Below the pieces are notes generated by a model. It worked only from the letters and a program-made list of their open reading frames with translations, had not been told where the DNA came from and did no database searches. 48,551 nt of DNA from positions 1-48,551 of the forward strand of contig JAMOLY010000035.1 in assembly GCA_027068835.1 (NCBI GenBank). Reading direction: 5' to 3'. The position numbers and the translations under genes are program-made. Below are positions 21,398-34,962 of this stretch, piece by piece. This DNA comes from Thiomicrorhabdus sp. (GTDB lineage: Bacteria > Pseudomonadota > Gammaproteobacteria > Thiomicrospirales > Thiomicrospiraceae). Every line of letters begins with the position of its first letter. Position 1 is the first letter of the stretch.

Positions 21398-21886
21398 TTA
21401 TCGCTTACCAAAACCGTGTACATAATGGCCTAATGCTGAAATATCATCGCCCATATGTCGAACCAAATCATCCAGACTCACAATCGCATTTTCTAAAATA
21501 TTTACAGCAATAAATGATTCCTCCACTTTTAAGCGGTCGTACATTGGGCGTGTTAGCATAAAAATTTGTACCCCCTTTTTTCCTGCCGCCATTCTTAAGT
21601 TACGAGGCTTGCGATCAAAAAAGGACATCTCTCCAACCAGAGTGCCAGCGCCTTGCTTGCCTACATTGGTATGCTTAGCATCGGCACTGCAAAAAACCAC
21701 CTTACCTTTTGCAATAAAGCCAAGCGATTCACCGATTTCACCTGCGTCTGAAATCACTTCGTCCGCTTCGTATTTTTTATCTTGTAGATAATGAATTAAA
21801 CGACCAACTTCCTTCCTCGTTAATGACTCACAAATAAGGTGCTTTTGAAAAAAACTGAATAATTCATCCGTTGATATATTTAACAT
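21398..21886 (-). CDS. stand-alone cyclic-nucleotide-binding domain protein (no HTH)
   Basis: GEIGESLGFIAKGKV...GTLVGEMSFFDRKPR cNMP cassette; 162 aa. Confidence 0.85.
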   Translation of the reverse strand: MLNISTDELFSFFQKHLICESLTRKEVGRLIHYLQDKKYEADEVISDAGEIGESLGFIAKGKVVFCSADAKHTNVGKQGAGTLVGEMSFFDRKPRNLRMAAGKKGVQIFMLTRPMYDRLKVEESFIAVNILENAIVSLDDLVRHMGDDISALGHYVHGFGKR

Positions 21887-21895
21887 ACAATCTCC

Positions 21896-22747
21896 TTACA
21901 AAGGTTTTTGGGCAATGAAAGAGGCCACTGGACGACCGTCTTCTAATTTATCTATTCTATCAACAATAATTTGATAATCTGAAAAAACTTTACGCAATTC
22001 ATCATGTGCCAAAATAAAATTAGGGTTTTTAGGCGAACCAAATGCTTCTGCCCCTTCTGCAAAGGTTTGATAAATAAGATAACCTGAAGGGGCAAGTGCC
22101 GCATCTATTTGAGCAAACAGGTCTCTGTTTAAATAGCGCACAACGGTAATTACATCAAAAATCGACTTTGGAAAACAGCCGTCTTTCTTTAGATCACAGC
22201 ATTTAAACTTAACCGAAGCACCGGTTCGGTTGGCCAGTTGCTTAGCTCTTTTTAACACCCGTATTTCTTGATCAATGCCCAATACTTGAATGCCATGTTT
22301 GGCTAAAAAGACCGCATCTCGTCCACCACCACACCCTATGTCTAACGCGGTTAAACGGGGTTTGAACGCTTTAGGATTTATCCCCCTCTGTACCTCCAAC
22401 AAGTTCAACCACTCTTTTAGCAGAGGAGTTGGCGACCATAATTGTTTTGATTCTCGTCCTGAAACGACTTGATTGGGCAGTTTTTCTGCCCATTTTTGCA
22501 TCACTTGATCGTCTTCAATGACTAAAGAACCATTGACTTTATAACCTTTTAAATCTAAAAAAACACTGACCGTTTCAATCGAGGGCTTGCTACCGACTAA
22601 AAAAAGGCTCGCGGGTGCGGCGGGTAGCTCATTTAAGCTGTCGGGTAATATATCCCAAGGTAACCATGTTGCGTCTTTAAGATGCCCTGCTTGATATTCT
22701 GCACTCGTTCTTAAATCTAAAATACCATCCGCTTGTTTAAAAAACAC
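21896..22747 (-). CDS. rhodanese-like domain fused to a class I SAM methyltransferase (TehB-like)
   Basis: N-terminal ILDLRTSAEYQAGHLKDA; C-terminal ALDIGCGGGRDAVFLA, FDVITVVRYL, LAPSGYLIYQTF. Confidence 0.8.
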   Translation of the reverse strand: MFFKQADGILDLRTSAEYQAGHLKDATWLPWDILPDSLNELPAAPASLFLVGSKPSIETVSVFLDLKGYKVNGSLVIEDDQVMQKWAEKLPNQVVSGRESKQLWSPTPLLKEWLNLLEVQRGINPKAFKPRLTALDIGCGGGRDAVFLAKHGIQVLGIDQEIRVLKRAKQLANRTGASVKFKCCDLKKDGCFPKSIFDVITVVRYLNRDLFAQIDAALAPSGYLIYQTFAEGAEAFGSPKNPNFILAHDELRKVFSDYQIIVDRIDKLEDGRPVASFIAQKPL

Positions 22748-23676
22748 TACTCTGCCACCAGTGCACGTTCATCTTTGGCTAAATGCAAATTAAACACTCT
22801 TTTGGGCTTTAACATCTGTTTTTTATCCGACCACTCGCCTACTGCAAAACACTCTCCCTCATCATAAAGCCGAACAAACTCGGTTTCTGGCTTTAGATAA
22901 GGCAACATTTGACCATGTTGAATCAAATCCACCTCTTCTTTGGACAAATCCAAACGTTGTAAATGCGTTAACGCAATGTCGATAGGTTGAATGGCGGATC
23001 TTTGTTGTGTTTCAATCTCTTCCAACGTCAACATATTTTCACCCCTCAGCTCACCCGTTTGAGTGCGATGCAGTGCGGTTAAATGACCCGTTGAACCAAG
23101 GGCTTGGGAAATATCTTCACCAAGGGTGCGTACATAGGTGCCTTTCGTACACAACACATCAAACACCAAGATGTTATTTTCAAACGAAATAAAATCAAGC
23201 TGCTTAATCACAATACTGCGCGCAGGGCGCTCTATTTCAATGCCTTGACGCGCGTAATAATACAAGGGCTTGCCCTGATGCTTGAGTGCCGAATACATGG
23301 GAGGGACTTGCTCAATGGCTCCGGTAAATTGCTCCAATACCGTCAAAATATCCGCCTCTGTTAAAGCTGGAACAGGCAATGTGTTGATGACATTGCCCTC
23401 TTTATCGCCTGTATCGGTTTGCTCACCCAACTTAAGGGTGGCGGTATAGCGTTTATCTGAATCCAGAAGAAGTCCGGATACCTTTGTGGCCTCACCCAAA
23501 CAAATGGGCAATAACCCCGTTGCAAAAGGGTCTAATGCACCCGTATGCCCTCCTTTTTTAGCATTAAATAAGCGCATAACGGTTTGCAAAACACCGTTTG
23601 AAGAGGGGCCTACAGGTTTATTGAGTAAAATAATGCCATCAATATGCTTTTTGGGGGGACGTTTAAATTGAGCCAT
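22747..23676 (-). CDS. truB: tRNA pseudouridine(55) synthase
   Basis: GHTGALDPFATGLL, PPMYSALK, CTKGTYVRTL. Confidence 0.98.
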   Translation of the reverse strand: MAQFKRPPKKHIDGIILLNKPVGPSSNGVLQTVMRLFNAKKGGHTGALDPFATGLLPICLGEATKVSGLLLDSDKRYTATLKLGEQTDTGDKEGNVINTLPVPALTEADILTVLEQFTGAIEQVPPMYSALKHQGKPLYYYARQGIEIERPARSIVIKQLDFISFENNILVFDVLCTKGTYVRTLGEDISQALGSTGHLTALHRTQTGELRGENMLTLEEIETQQRSAIQPIDIALTHLQRLDLSKEEVDLIQHGQMLPYLKPETEFVRLYDEGECFAVGEWSDKKQMLKPKRVFNLHLAKDERALVAE

Positions 23677-24042
23677 TTATGAATTAAGCGCCTTATTAAT
23701 GAGGTCTTCCATGTGCTGAACATGTTCAGGTACATTGTCATAAAAAAAACGTATATTGGGCACAATACGCAAGCGCAGCTTTTTGCCTAGTTCGGTTCTA
23801 AAAAAACCGGTGGCTTTTTCGAGTGCATCCAAAGTTTCTTGAATTTCAGGATCGCCTTCATTATGTCCAATTAAGGCAAAATGGACTCGAACCACACTCA
23901 AATCCTTGCTGATTTTGCAGTCGGTAATGGTCATCTTTTGAAAACGAGGGTCTTTCGCTTCTCGCAATAACATTTGCGATAAGGTACGTCGAACCTCTTG
24001 CGCCACACGTGCAGGGCGACTAACGGGTTTATTACTCATCAT
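23677..24042 (-). CDS. rbfA: ribosome-binding factor A
   Basis: RPARVAQE, KDPR, ISKDLS, GFFR...LRLRIVPNIRFFYD. Confidence 0.95.
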   Translation of the reverse strand: MMSNKPVSRPARVAQEVRRTLSQMLLREAKDPRFQKMTITDCKISKDLSVVRVHFALIGHNEGDPEIQETLDALEKATGFFRTELGKKLRLRIVPNIRFFYDNVPEHVQHMEDLINKALNS

Positions 24043-24061
24043 TTTTTCTCTTATAAAAACA

Positions 24062-24082
24062 AAATGCCCCAACGGGGCATTT
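24062..24082 (-). terminator. hairpin between infB and rbfA
   Basis: AAATGCCCC-AAC-GGGGCATTT, followed on the minus strand by TGTTTTT. Confidence 0.6.
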
Positions 24083-24084
24083 AC

Positions 24085-24125
24085 TTTTTTACCCCCCCCC
24101 CTATCAAAAGGGGGGGGGTAAAAAA
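24085..24125. repeat. C10/G9 inverted pair downstream of infB
   Basis: TTTTTTA-C10-TATCAAAA-G9-TAAAAAA. Confidence 0.85.
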
Positions 24126-24148
24126 CTAACCATATTAACGCGCTCTAT

Positions 24149-26650
24149 TTAAGCAAGCGTACGCTTCACTTCAATACGTTCGTAGCACTCAATTTGATCG
24201 CCTACTTGTACATCATTGTAGTCTTTAACGCCGATCCCACATTCCATGCCTTTATTCACTTCTTGTGCATCGTCTTTAAAGCGACGTAACGATTCGAGCG
24301 TACCTTCGTAAATCACCACATTTTCACGCAATACACGAATTGGGTTATTACGCTTCACAACGCCTTCAGTTACCATACAACCCGCAATTAAGCCGATTTT
24401 AGGTGCTTTAAAGACTTCACGAACGTCGGCCACACCCAAGATATTCTCTTGAATTTCAGGCGCTAACTTGCCTTCTACCGCACGTTTAACTTCGTCTACG
24501 ATCTCATAAATAATGCTGTAGTATTTTAGCCCAATGCCTTCAACATCAATTACGCGTTTTGCAGCCACATCGGCACGTACGTTAAACCCAAAAATCAATG
24601 CTTCAGAGGCAATGGCTAAGTTAGCATCGGTTTCATTGATTCCACCCACACCTGAAGAGATGACATTCACTTTAATTTCATCATTAGACAGTTTAACCAG
24701 TGCATCGGTAATGGCTTGAATAGAGCCTTGTACATCGGCTTTTAAAATGATATTCACATTTTGAATATCACCCTCTTCCATTCGGTTAAACATGTTTTCA
24801 AGTTTAGATTTTTGCTGACGTGCAATTTTAAGCTCTTTGAACTTACCTTGACGGAAGGTCGCGGCTTCACGTGCTTTACGCTCGTTATCCACTGTAATCA
24901 TCTCATCACCTGCAACGGGCATGCCAGATAAACCAAGTAACTCAACAGGAATAGAGGGACCCGCTTCTAAAATGGTCTCACCTGAATCACTGATAAGGGA
25001 GCGAACACGCCCGTATACCATGCCACAAAGCACAATATCGCCTTTTCTTAAGGTTCCTGACTGAACCAGAACCGTTGCAACCGTTCCACGCCCTTTTTCT
25101 AAACGAGACTCAACCACAACCCCTTTTGCATGACCTTCTGTAGGGGCTTCTAACTCAAGCATTTCTGATTGTAATGAAATTGCGTCGAGTAACTCGTCAA
25201 TGCCTAAGCCCGTTTTAGCTGAAACGGGAACAAACTGAACATCACCACCCCATGCTTCGGGTACGACTTCTTCGGTTGCCATCTCTTGCATAACACGATC
25301 AATATTAGCGTCTTCTTTATCCATTTTGTTCACAGCAACCACAATGCCCACACCGGATGCTTTGGCATGTTGAATCGCTTCGCGCGTTTGAGGCATAACC
25401 CCATCGTCTCCCGCAACCACGATGACTACCACATCGGTAATTTCTGCACCACGTGCTCGCATGGCGGTAAAGGCCGCGTGACCAGGAGTATCAATAAACG
25501 TGACCCCCCCTTTGTCTGTATCAACGTGGTATGCACCGATGTGTTGAGTAATTCCACCTGCTTCACCGTGCGCCACTTTGGCTTTACGAATGTAATCAAG
25601 TAAAGAAGTTTTACCGTGATCTACGTGACCCATAATAGTCACAACGGGTGAACGGGTAACCGTTGCACCATGGTACTCCTGGTTCACAACTTCGTCTTCA
25701 ACCGTCACTTCATTAAAGGCTATGGCGTTATGCCCCATCTCTTCAACAATCAACATTGCGGTCTCTTGATCAAGGATTTGGTTAATCGTTGCCATCGTTC
25801 CCAGCTCCATCATCATAAATTTGATGACTTCACCCGTTTTAATGGACATTTGTTCCGCCAGCGCTGACAAGCTAATGCTTTCTGGTACTTTAACGTCCTT
25901 AATAACAGGCGCGGTAGGTTGTTGAAACCCATGTTCATTGTCCATTTGCAACGGTGCACGACGCTTAGGCATTTTTCTGCCCCCACGCTGTGGACGACGG
26001 TTTCCGCCACCACGATTATTTGGTTTTTTATTTCCGCCCCCTTTAGGGCCATCATTGCCATCATTTACTTTACGTGTTTCATGATGCTTTTGATCTTTGA
26101 CTTTTTTAGCGGCCTTAGAGTGATCTTCTTTTGCTGGAGGCGGTGCCACAACACGCAACCCAACAGCTTTCTCACGAACAAATTTTTCTGGTTTTGAATC
26201 GCTTGGTTTTGTTAATTTATTTGACTCTTTTTGAGACTCTGAAACAGGTTTAGATGTTGTTTCGTGTTCAGCAGCCTTATCTTGTGTTGTTGGTTCAACA
26301 GAAGGTTTTTCTTTAGTTTGTTCAGGCGCTGGAGTGGTTTCAGTCGCCTCCTCTTTTTTAATGTACGTTCGCTTCTTACGCACTTCAACCTTCACATTGC
26401 GTTTATCCCGACCCGCACCCGATGACAAGTTAAGCGTTTGCTTACGACGCAAAGTCACTTTTTTAGGCGACTCTTCCGAGTGATCGCCATGAAGGGCTTT
26501 TAAATAGCCTAATAACTTAACCTTTTCATCATCATTAATGACATCACCAGACTTTTTACCTTTAATACCTGATGCATCAAGCTGTGCCAACAATTTTTCT
26601 TCCGAAAGGTTGAGTGTTTTTGAAAATTCTTTTACCGATATCTCTGACAT
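24149..26650 (-). CDS. infB: translation initiation factor IF-2
   Basis: [40 protein letters not shown]. Confidence 0.99.
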   Translation of the reverse strand: MSEISVKEFSKTLNLSEEKLLAQLDASGIKGKKSGDVINDDEKVKLLGYLKALHGDHSEESPKKVTLRRKQTLNLSSGAGRDKRNVKVEVRKKRTYIKKEEATETTPAPEQTKEKPSVEPTTQDKAAEHETTSKPVSESQKESNKLTKPSDSKPEKFVREKAVGLRVVAPPPAKEDHSKAAKKVKDQKHHETRKVNDGNDGPKGGGNKKPNNRGGGNRRPQRGGRKMPKRRAPLQMDNEHGFQQPTAPVIKDVKVPESISLSALAEQMSIKTGEVIKFMMMELGTMATINQILDQETAMLIVEEMGHNAIAFNEVTVEDEVVNQEYHGATVTRSPVVTIMGHVDHGKTSLLDYIRKAKVAHGEAGGITQHIGAYHVDTDKGGVTFIDTPGHAAFTAMRARGAEITDVVVIVVAGDDGVMPQTREAIQHAKASGVGIVVAVNKMDKEDANIDRVMQEMATEEVVPEAWGGDVQFVPVSAKTGLGIDELLDAISLQSEMLELEAPTEGHAKGVVVESRLEKGRGTVATVLVQSGTLRKGDIVLCGMVYGRVRSLISDSGETILEAGPSIPVELLGLSGMPVAGDEMITVDNERKAREAATFRQGKFKELKIARQQKSKLENMFNRMEEGDIQNVNIILKADVQGSIQAITDALVKLSNDEIKVNVISSGVGGINETDANLAIASEALIFGFNVRADVAAKRVIDVEGIGLKYYSIIYEIVDEVKRAVEGKLAPEIQENILGVADVREVFKAPKIGLIAGCMVTEGVVKRNNPIRVLRENVVIYEGTLESLRRFKDDAQEVNKGMECGIGVKDYNDVQVGDQIECYERIEVKRTLA

Positions 26651-26664
26651 GTATTACTCTCCCT

Positions 26665-28155
26665 TTACTCTTCAAACCATGGCGCACGTGCTTTCAGAAT
26701 TAACTCTCCAGCAGCCGCTTCATCCATTTCGACAAACTCTAATAGTTCATCCGTACTTAATTCTGCCAAATCTTCTTGTGTAATGATGCCATTACCTGCT
26801 AATTTTTTAGCCATATCAGGCGTCATACCTTCAAGGCTTACTAAATCTTCTGCTGGCTCAGCTAAGGCCAGCTTTTCTTCTTCGGCAATTGCATGTGTTA
26901 ATAGCGCATCTTTTGCGCGTTGTTTTAACTCCGCAACAATGTCCTCGTCAAAACCATCAACTTCTAACATCTCAGCGGCGGGTACATAAGCCACCTCTTC
27001 AAGCGTTGAAAAGCCTTCTTCGGCAAGCACTTCCGCCATCTCTTCATCAATGTCTAAGGCTTCTACAAACAGATCAATTTGTGCTCGGGATTCCACATCA
27101 TGCTTTTCAGCCATGTCTGTTTGGCTCATGACATTCAACTCCCAGCCCGTTAACTCGCTAGCAAGTCGAATGTTTTGACCATTTTTACCAATCGCTTGCG
27201 ATAATTGTTCGTCTTCCACCGCAAGATCCATGGTGTGTTTGTCTTCATCGACCATAATGGAGGTGACTTCAGCAGGTGCCATCGCATTAATAACAAACTG
27301 TGCGTCGTTCACATCCCATTGAATAATATCAATCCGTTCACCGTTCAGCTCATTGGTAACGGATTGAACGCGCGAACCACGCATTCCCACGCAAGCTCCA
27401 ATTGGATCTAAGCGTGGGTCATTGCCACGCACCGCTACTTTGGCTCTAAAACCAACGTCACGAGCAACGCTCATCACGTCAATCAGATCATCACCAATTT
27501 CAGGCACTTCAATTTTGAACAGTTCCATTAACATTTCATTGCACGAACGGGACATGTTTAACAATGGGCCTCTTGGACGAAACTCAACCGTTTGTAAATA
27601 ACCACGAACACGATCACCCATTCTAAAATTTTCACGCGCAACCAGTTGATTGCGTGGAATAATCGCTTCGACATTGTCACCTAAGTCTAAAATTACATCG
27701 CCACGGTCAACACGTTTAACTTGACCTGTTAAGATTTCACCCACACGCTTGCTGTACTCTTCAACCACTTTTTTGCGTTCAGCTTCACGTATTTTTTGAA
27801 CAATCACTTGTTTTGCCGCTTGTGCGCCAATACGACCAAAATCAATGGATTCCATTGGCTCTTCAATAAACCCACCAATTTCAATATTTGGGTCTTCATC
27901 AACTGCATCCATTTCACGAATGTACCAACCCACATTGTCTTCAATGGCGGTTGCATCATCAATCACCTCCCAACAACGAAACGTTTCATACTCTCCAGTG
28001 TCACGATCAATAGAGACTCGGACGTTAATTTCGTCTCCTTCACTTTTTCGTGTTGCCGTTGCCAGAGCGGTTTCAATCGCGTCAAAAATAATTTCTTGAT
28101 CAACGCCCTTCTCATTTGCCATGATTTCAACAACGGCTAATATCTCTTTACCCAT
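26665..28155 (-). CDS. nusA: transcription termination factor NusA
   Basis: [14 protein letters not shown]1/KH domains ([19 protein letters not shown]), acidic C-terminal repeats. Confidence 0.99.
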   Translation of the reverse strand: MGKEILAVVEIMANEKGVDQEIIFDAIETALATATRKSEGDEINVRVSIDRDTGEYETFRCWEVIDDATAIEDNVGWYIREMDAVDEDPNIEIGGFIEEPMESIDFGRIGAQAAKQVIVQKIREAERKKVVEEYSKRVGEILTGQVKRVDRGDVILDLGDNVEAIIPRNQLVARENFRMGDRVRGYLQTVEFRPRGPLLNMSRSCNEMLMELFKIEVPEIGDDLIDVMSVARDVGFRAKVAVRGNDPRLDPIGACVGMRGSRVQSVTNELNGERIDIIQWDVNDAQFVINAMAPAEVTSIMVDEDKHTMDLAVEDEQLSQAIGKNGQNIRLASELTGWELNVMSQTDMAEKHDVESRAQIDLFVEALDIDEEMAEVLAEEGFSTLEEVAYVPAAEMLEVDGFDEDIVAELKQRAKDALLTHAIAEEEKLALAEPAEDLVSLEGMTPDMAKKLAGNGIITQEDLAELSTDELLEFVEMDEAAAGELILKARAPWFEE

Positions 28156-28229
28156 TATATTTTTATCCTAAGTCTTTTAATTAATTTTGTTAAAAATTCG
28201 TTGTTTTTTTCTATCTAGAAACAACGAAA

Positions 28230-28685
28230 CTAAAATTCTGCAACCAAATTCGCTTTTTCAATGATGTCGTAGTCAATTTCATACAGCTCTCCATCTACTT
28301 CTATTTCAATCATTGTGTCGTTAACTTGTACCATTGCCCCTTTAAAGCGTCTGCGCCCCAAAACACCTATCGCAGTTCTCACCTGAACTGTTTTGCCTTG
28401 GTAACGTTTAAAGTGACTCGGTTTTAGCAGCAAACGCTCCATTCCAGGAGAAGAAACCTCAAGCATGTACGCACTGCTAATAGGGTCTTCAACGTCCATA
28501 ATGGCACTTATTTGTCGGCTAATGGTGGCGCAATCGTCAACGGTTACGCCGTTCTCTTCTTGATCGATAAACACTCTTAAAACAGAGTGACGACCTGCGG
28601 GTAGATATTCAAACCCCCAAAGCTCAAACCCCATCGATTCAATTGTGGGCTTTAACAACCCTTCTAGTTTATCTTCTAAACGCAC
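28230..28685 (-). CDS. rimP: ribosome maturation factor RimP
   Basis: LRVFID, DDCATISRQIS, YMLEVSSPG. Confidence 0.97.
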   Translation of the reverse strand: MRLEDKLEGLLKPTIESMGFELWGFEYLPAGRHSVLRVFIDQEENGVTVDDCATISRQISAIMDVEDPISSAYMLEVSSPGMERLLLKPSHFKRYQGKTVQVRTAIGVLGRRRFKGAMVQVNDTMIEIEVDGELYEIDYDIIEKANLVAEF

Positions 28686-28775
28686 TCAATATTTCCGTCA
28701 ATTAAAGAGACCTTTATATGAAAGGATGCACGAATGAATACTTGCATAAAAAGCCTTTTCTTAAATTCAAATAAC

Positions 28776-28803
28776 AAAAAACCCCGTAAGAACGGGGTTT
28801 TTT
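28776..28803 (-). terminator. intrinsic terminator in the rimP leader
   Basis: AAAAAACCCCGT-AAGA-ACGGGGTTTTTT. Confidence 0.75.
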
Positions 28804-28874
28804 AAAAGTTAAGCCGCTGTTCCATCCACTCTCCGAAACAACGCTTAATATTTTTTTTAAAAAATCTATACAGA

Positions 28875-28902
28875 ACTATACAGCAAAAGCTTAGACTGTC
28901 AA
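28875..28902 (-). promoter_or_regulatory. sigma70 promoter facing rimP
   Basis: Minus strand TTGACA-N16-TATAGT. Confidence 0.7.
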
Positions 28903-28918
28903 GCCAAAATCCTGATTT

Positions 28919-30895
28919 TTAAAGGGTCTTAGGCTTTTTAAACTGCTCCAATACCGACGGGTCTTCTAAGGTTGACGTATCCTGCAAAATTTCCTCCCCC
29001 CTTGCCAAGGCTTTCAACAAACGTCGCATGATTTTTCCAGAGCGTGTTTTAGGTAAATTTGTACCAAAACGAATGTCATCAGGCTTGGCAATCGCACCAA
29101 TCTCTTTTGCCACCCACGCTCTAAGCTCCTGTACCAAAGCCTTTTGCTCAGCTCCTTCAATCGAAGTTTCTGTATTCAATACCACAAATGCAGAAATGGC
29201 TTCTCCTTTAATCTCATCAGGACGACTCACCACCGCCGCTTCAGCCACTTGAGGGTGTGAAACCAGCGCAGATTCGATCTCCATTGTTCCTAAACGATGC
29301 CCCGACACATTTAGAACATCATCCACTCGACCTAAAATCCAAAAATAGCCATCTTTGTCTTGGTAAGCGCTGTCACCCACCACATACAACGACTCACCGC
29401 CCGCCACACTGTCTTTTAAAGGAAAATACGCTTCTTGGTAACGCGCTTCATCGCCCCAAACGTTACGAATCATTGAAGGCCATGGCTTTTTAATCACCAA
29501 CAACCCGCCTTCACCCGTGTCTAAAGCGTTACCTGCCTCATCCAAGATAACGGCATCAATTCCAGGCAGTGCCTTAGCGCACGAACCTGGCTTAAGCGGA
29601 GTAATGGGAAAAGGTGCAATCATATGTGCGCCTGTTTCCGTTTGCCACCACGTATCAATCACAGGGCAACACCCTCCCCCAATCTCATTGTAGTACCAAA
29701 CCCAAGCTTCTGGATTAATCGGTTCACCCACTGTACCTAAAATCCTTAATTTGGATAGATCGTACTGACTAGGAAGCTCTGCACCAAATTTCATTAAGGC
29801 TCGAATTGCCGTAGGTGCGGTATAAAAAACCGTAACACCATGATCTTGACACATTTTCCAAAAGCGCCCTGCATCGGGATACGTTGGCACGCCTTCAAAC
29901 ATTAAAATGGTTGCACCAACGGATAACGGGCCATACGCCACATAAGTATGCCCCGTAATCCAACCGACATCTGCCGTACACCAAAAGACATCGTTATTGT
30001 TTAAATCAAACATCCACTCATTGGTCACATGGGCGTTTAATAAGTACCCCCCCGTGCTGTGCTGAACGCCCTTTGGCTTTCCCGTTGAGCCAGATGTATA
30101 CAACAGAAAAAGTGGGTGTTCAGAATTAACCATTACAGGGTCGTGATAATTACTCATGCCCGCTTCGGCTTCATACCAATCAATGTCTCGCCCTGCTTTC
30201 ATCGGCACGTCGTCATCGGTACGTTTAAAAACAATCACTTTTCTAACATGATCACCGCCTTTTTCCAGCGCCTCATCTACGGCTTGCTTAAGTGGAATCG
30301 TTTTGCCGCCTCGACGACCTGCGTTGGCGGTAATGACCAGTTTAGCCCCTGCATTTTCAATGCGATCACGCAATGATTCTGCCGAAAACCCACCAAACAC
30401 CACCGAATGAATTGCACCGATACGTGCGCACGCTTGCATCGCAATAACCGCTTGCGGAATCATGGGCATGTAAATCACAATACGGTCGCCTTTTTGAATA
30501 CCTTGCGACACCAGTGTATTTGCAAAACGGCACACTTGGTCGTGCAACTCTTTATAGGTATAACGATCAATTGAGCCGTCATCGGCTTCAAAAATAATCG
30601 CTAACTTATCGCTTTTCGTCTCCAAATGTCGGTCAATGCAATTATAAGACGCATTGAGTTCGCCATCGCTAAACCATTTAAAGTGAGGGGCGTTTGAGTC
30701 GTCCAAACCAACCGTAAAAGGCGTTGACCAAGCCAGCTTTTCTTGTGCTAGATTTGACCAAAAGCCAACATGATCTGCTGAAGCTTTTTCATACAATTGA
30801 GCAATCAACGTTGCGTTTAACGCCACCTGTTTTTGCGTTTGCTCTGATGCTTCAAACACTCGTGATTCCGTTAAAATTGACTCGATCTTAGACAT
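28919..30895 (-). CDS. acs: acetyl-CoA synthetase
   Basis: [48 protein letters not shown]. Start at ATG 30895 after GAGGTG. Confidence 0.97.
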   Translation of the reverse strand: MSKIESILTESRVFEASEQTQKQVALNATLIAQLYEKASADHVGFWSNLAQEKLAWSTPFTVGLDDSNAPHFKWFSDGELNASYNCIDRHLETKSDKLAIIFEADDGSIDRYTYKELHDQVCRFANTLVSQGIQKGDRIVIYMPMIPQAVIAMQACARIGAIHSVVFGGFSAESLRDRIENAGAKLVITANAGRRGGKTIPLKQAVDEALEKGGDHVRKVIVFKRTDDDVPMKAGRDIDWYEAEAGMSNYHDPVMVNSEHPLFLLYTSGSTGKPKGVQHSTGGYLLNAHVTNEWMFDLNNNDVFWCTADVGWITGHTYVAYGPLSVGATILMFEGVPTYPDAGRFWKMCQDHGVTVFYTAPTAIRALMKFGAELPSQYDLSKLRILGTVGEPINPEAWVWYYNEIGGGCCPVIDTWWQTETGAHMIAPFPITPLKPGSCAKALPGIDAVILDEAGNALDTGEGGLLVIKKPWPSMIRNVWGDEARYQEAYFPLKDSVAGGESLYVVGDSAYQDKDGYFWILGRVDDVLNVSGHRLGTMEIESALVSHPQVAEAAVVSRPDEIKGEAISAFVVLNTETSIEGAEQKALVQELRAWVAKEIGAIAKPDDIRFGTNLPKTRSGKIMRRLLKALARGEEILQDTSTLEDPSVLEQFKKPKTL

Positions 30896-30945
30896 ACTCA
30901 CCTCGCTCACCATGGGTTTATCGTTGGCTTATCATTTTGGTAGAA

Positions 30946-33571
<2,626 letters not shown>

Positions 33572-33691
33572 TTATGTTATTTGCAAAACAGAAGGAAAAA
33601 ATAACTATTTACACCTGTAAACAATAATTCTTTAGAACAGAAAGGGTTAGAGAGTCTCAGGGGCAGAAAAAACCGTTACAAAAACACCAAA

Positions 33692-34729
33692 CTATAACGG
33701 TTCAGATTCATACTTCACGGCTTTATCTCGCATGACTTGCAAATCAGACTCTTTAAGCAGCTGACGATCCATATTATAAAGCCGCCCTTGCAAACGTTGC
33801 GAAATCTTACGCGCCATCATAATTAAATCATGCATGGCCGCAGGTGCCTTTACGGTACAGGGTAATTCTAAAATCATCGCCACACCACAGGTTGTATAAT
33901 TTTGTAACTCATCTGCTGGAAAAGTCCCAGGCTCCATCAAGTTAGCTACTTTAATAATCGTATTATTCATGTTATCGCACTTTACATAAATCTGACTTTC
34001 ATTAAAAGACAATCCAACACCCAACAAAGCGTGGTTCATCTCCTGCATCGAAAACTCTTGCCCCGTGCTCATGACTAAAATAACAAATACTTGAGGTTCT
34101 TTTTTCTCTGCACGGCTTTCAACTTCAGTACTAGGCTCCTCTTCGGGAATACCAAAAGAGGGCTTTTCATGTTCGGGTGCAACGTATTGATACTTCCCTC
34201 CCGTCATCCCAAGATCTTCCACCTCCAGCACGTGATGGTGTCCACCGAGTGGATTTTTATTTACCGTATTTTCTGTCTCTTCACTTTCTGCTCTATCATT
34301 TAAAGGCTCGGATACATGCATTTTTGGCGCTACATCTTCTTGTCTTAAACTGCCTTGAACAGCCTCTTTTTCAATATTTTTACCCCCCCCCTCTTCAGAC
34401 GAAGATACAACAGAAATTTCAGCCTGATTAAACTCTTCACCAAAGGGTAGAACCGCTTGATTTTTGTTTACTTCTGGGACATCCAAATCGTTATCCTGTT
34501 TTGCAATACGCGTTTCAGTATTTTTTGAGACAGGAATATGTGGTTCGCCTAACTCATTTAAAGCTTGAGACGCTTTTTGATAAGAGACTTCTGATTCGGC
34601 TCTTTTTTGTACGTTTTTTTGTTTATCCGCCTCTTTTTTAAGCGCTGTTTGTCGGCTACGACTCAAAAAATAAAGACCAATGACTACGACAATGGCAAAA
34701 ATAAGTAAAACCTGCTGTAACTCGTTCAT
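33692..34729 (-). CDS. zipA: cell division protein ZipA
   Basis: N-terminal TM anchor, disordered linker, C-terminal FtsZ-binding domain (VANLMEPGTF); upstream of ligA. Confidence 0.85.
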   Translation of the reverse strand: MNELQQVLLIFAIVVVIGLYFLSRSRQTALKKEADKQKNVQKRAESEVSYQKASQALNELGEPHIPVSKNTETRIAKQDNDLDVPEVNKNQAVLPFGEEFNQAEISVVSSSEEGGGKNIEKEAVQGSLRQEDVAPKMHVSEPLNDRAESEETENTVNKNPLGGHHHVLEVEDLGMTGGKYQYVAPEHEKPSFGIPEEEPSTEVESRAEKKEPQVFVILVMSTGQEFSMQEMNHALLGVGLSFNESQIYVKCDNMNNTIIKVANLMEPGTFPADELQNYTTCGVAMILELPCTVKAPAAMHDLIMMARKISQRLQGRLYNMDRQLLKESDLQVMRDKAVKYESEPL

Positions 34730-34962
34730 GTATTCTTCGACTCCAAAACACGAATTTTTAAAAGATGACTTCGCTCAAATGATTACTCAGAAAGTTCTCA
34801 AGCAATATCCGAATAATTGTACCTTTTATCCCCCCCCTATTTCCAGCAAATTACGTAAATCGACCATCTATTTTAAACATTTTATTCACGGTTCAAAGTC
34901 ACGCATTATAATGAACACACAATAATAACCACAAAAACTCGGGTACATAGGAACCAGCAAAC

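Noticed and set aside
28690-28918. Expected tRNA-Met (metY) upstream of rimP
   Set aside because: No cloverleaf, TTC T-loop or CCA end is recognisable.
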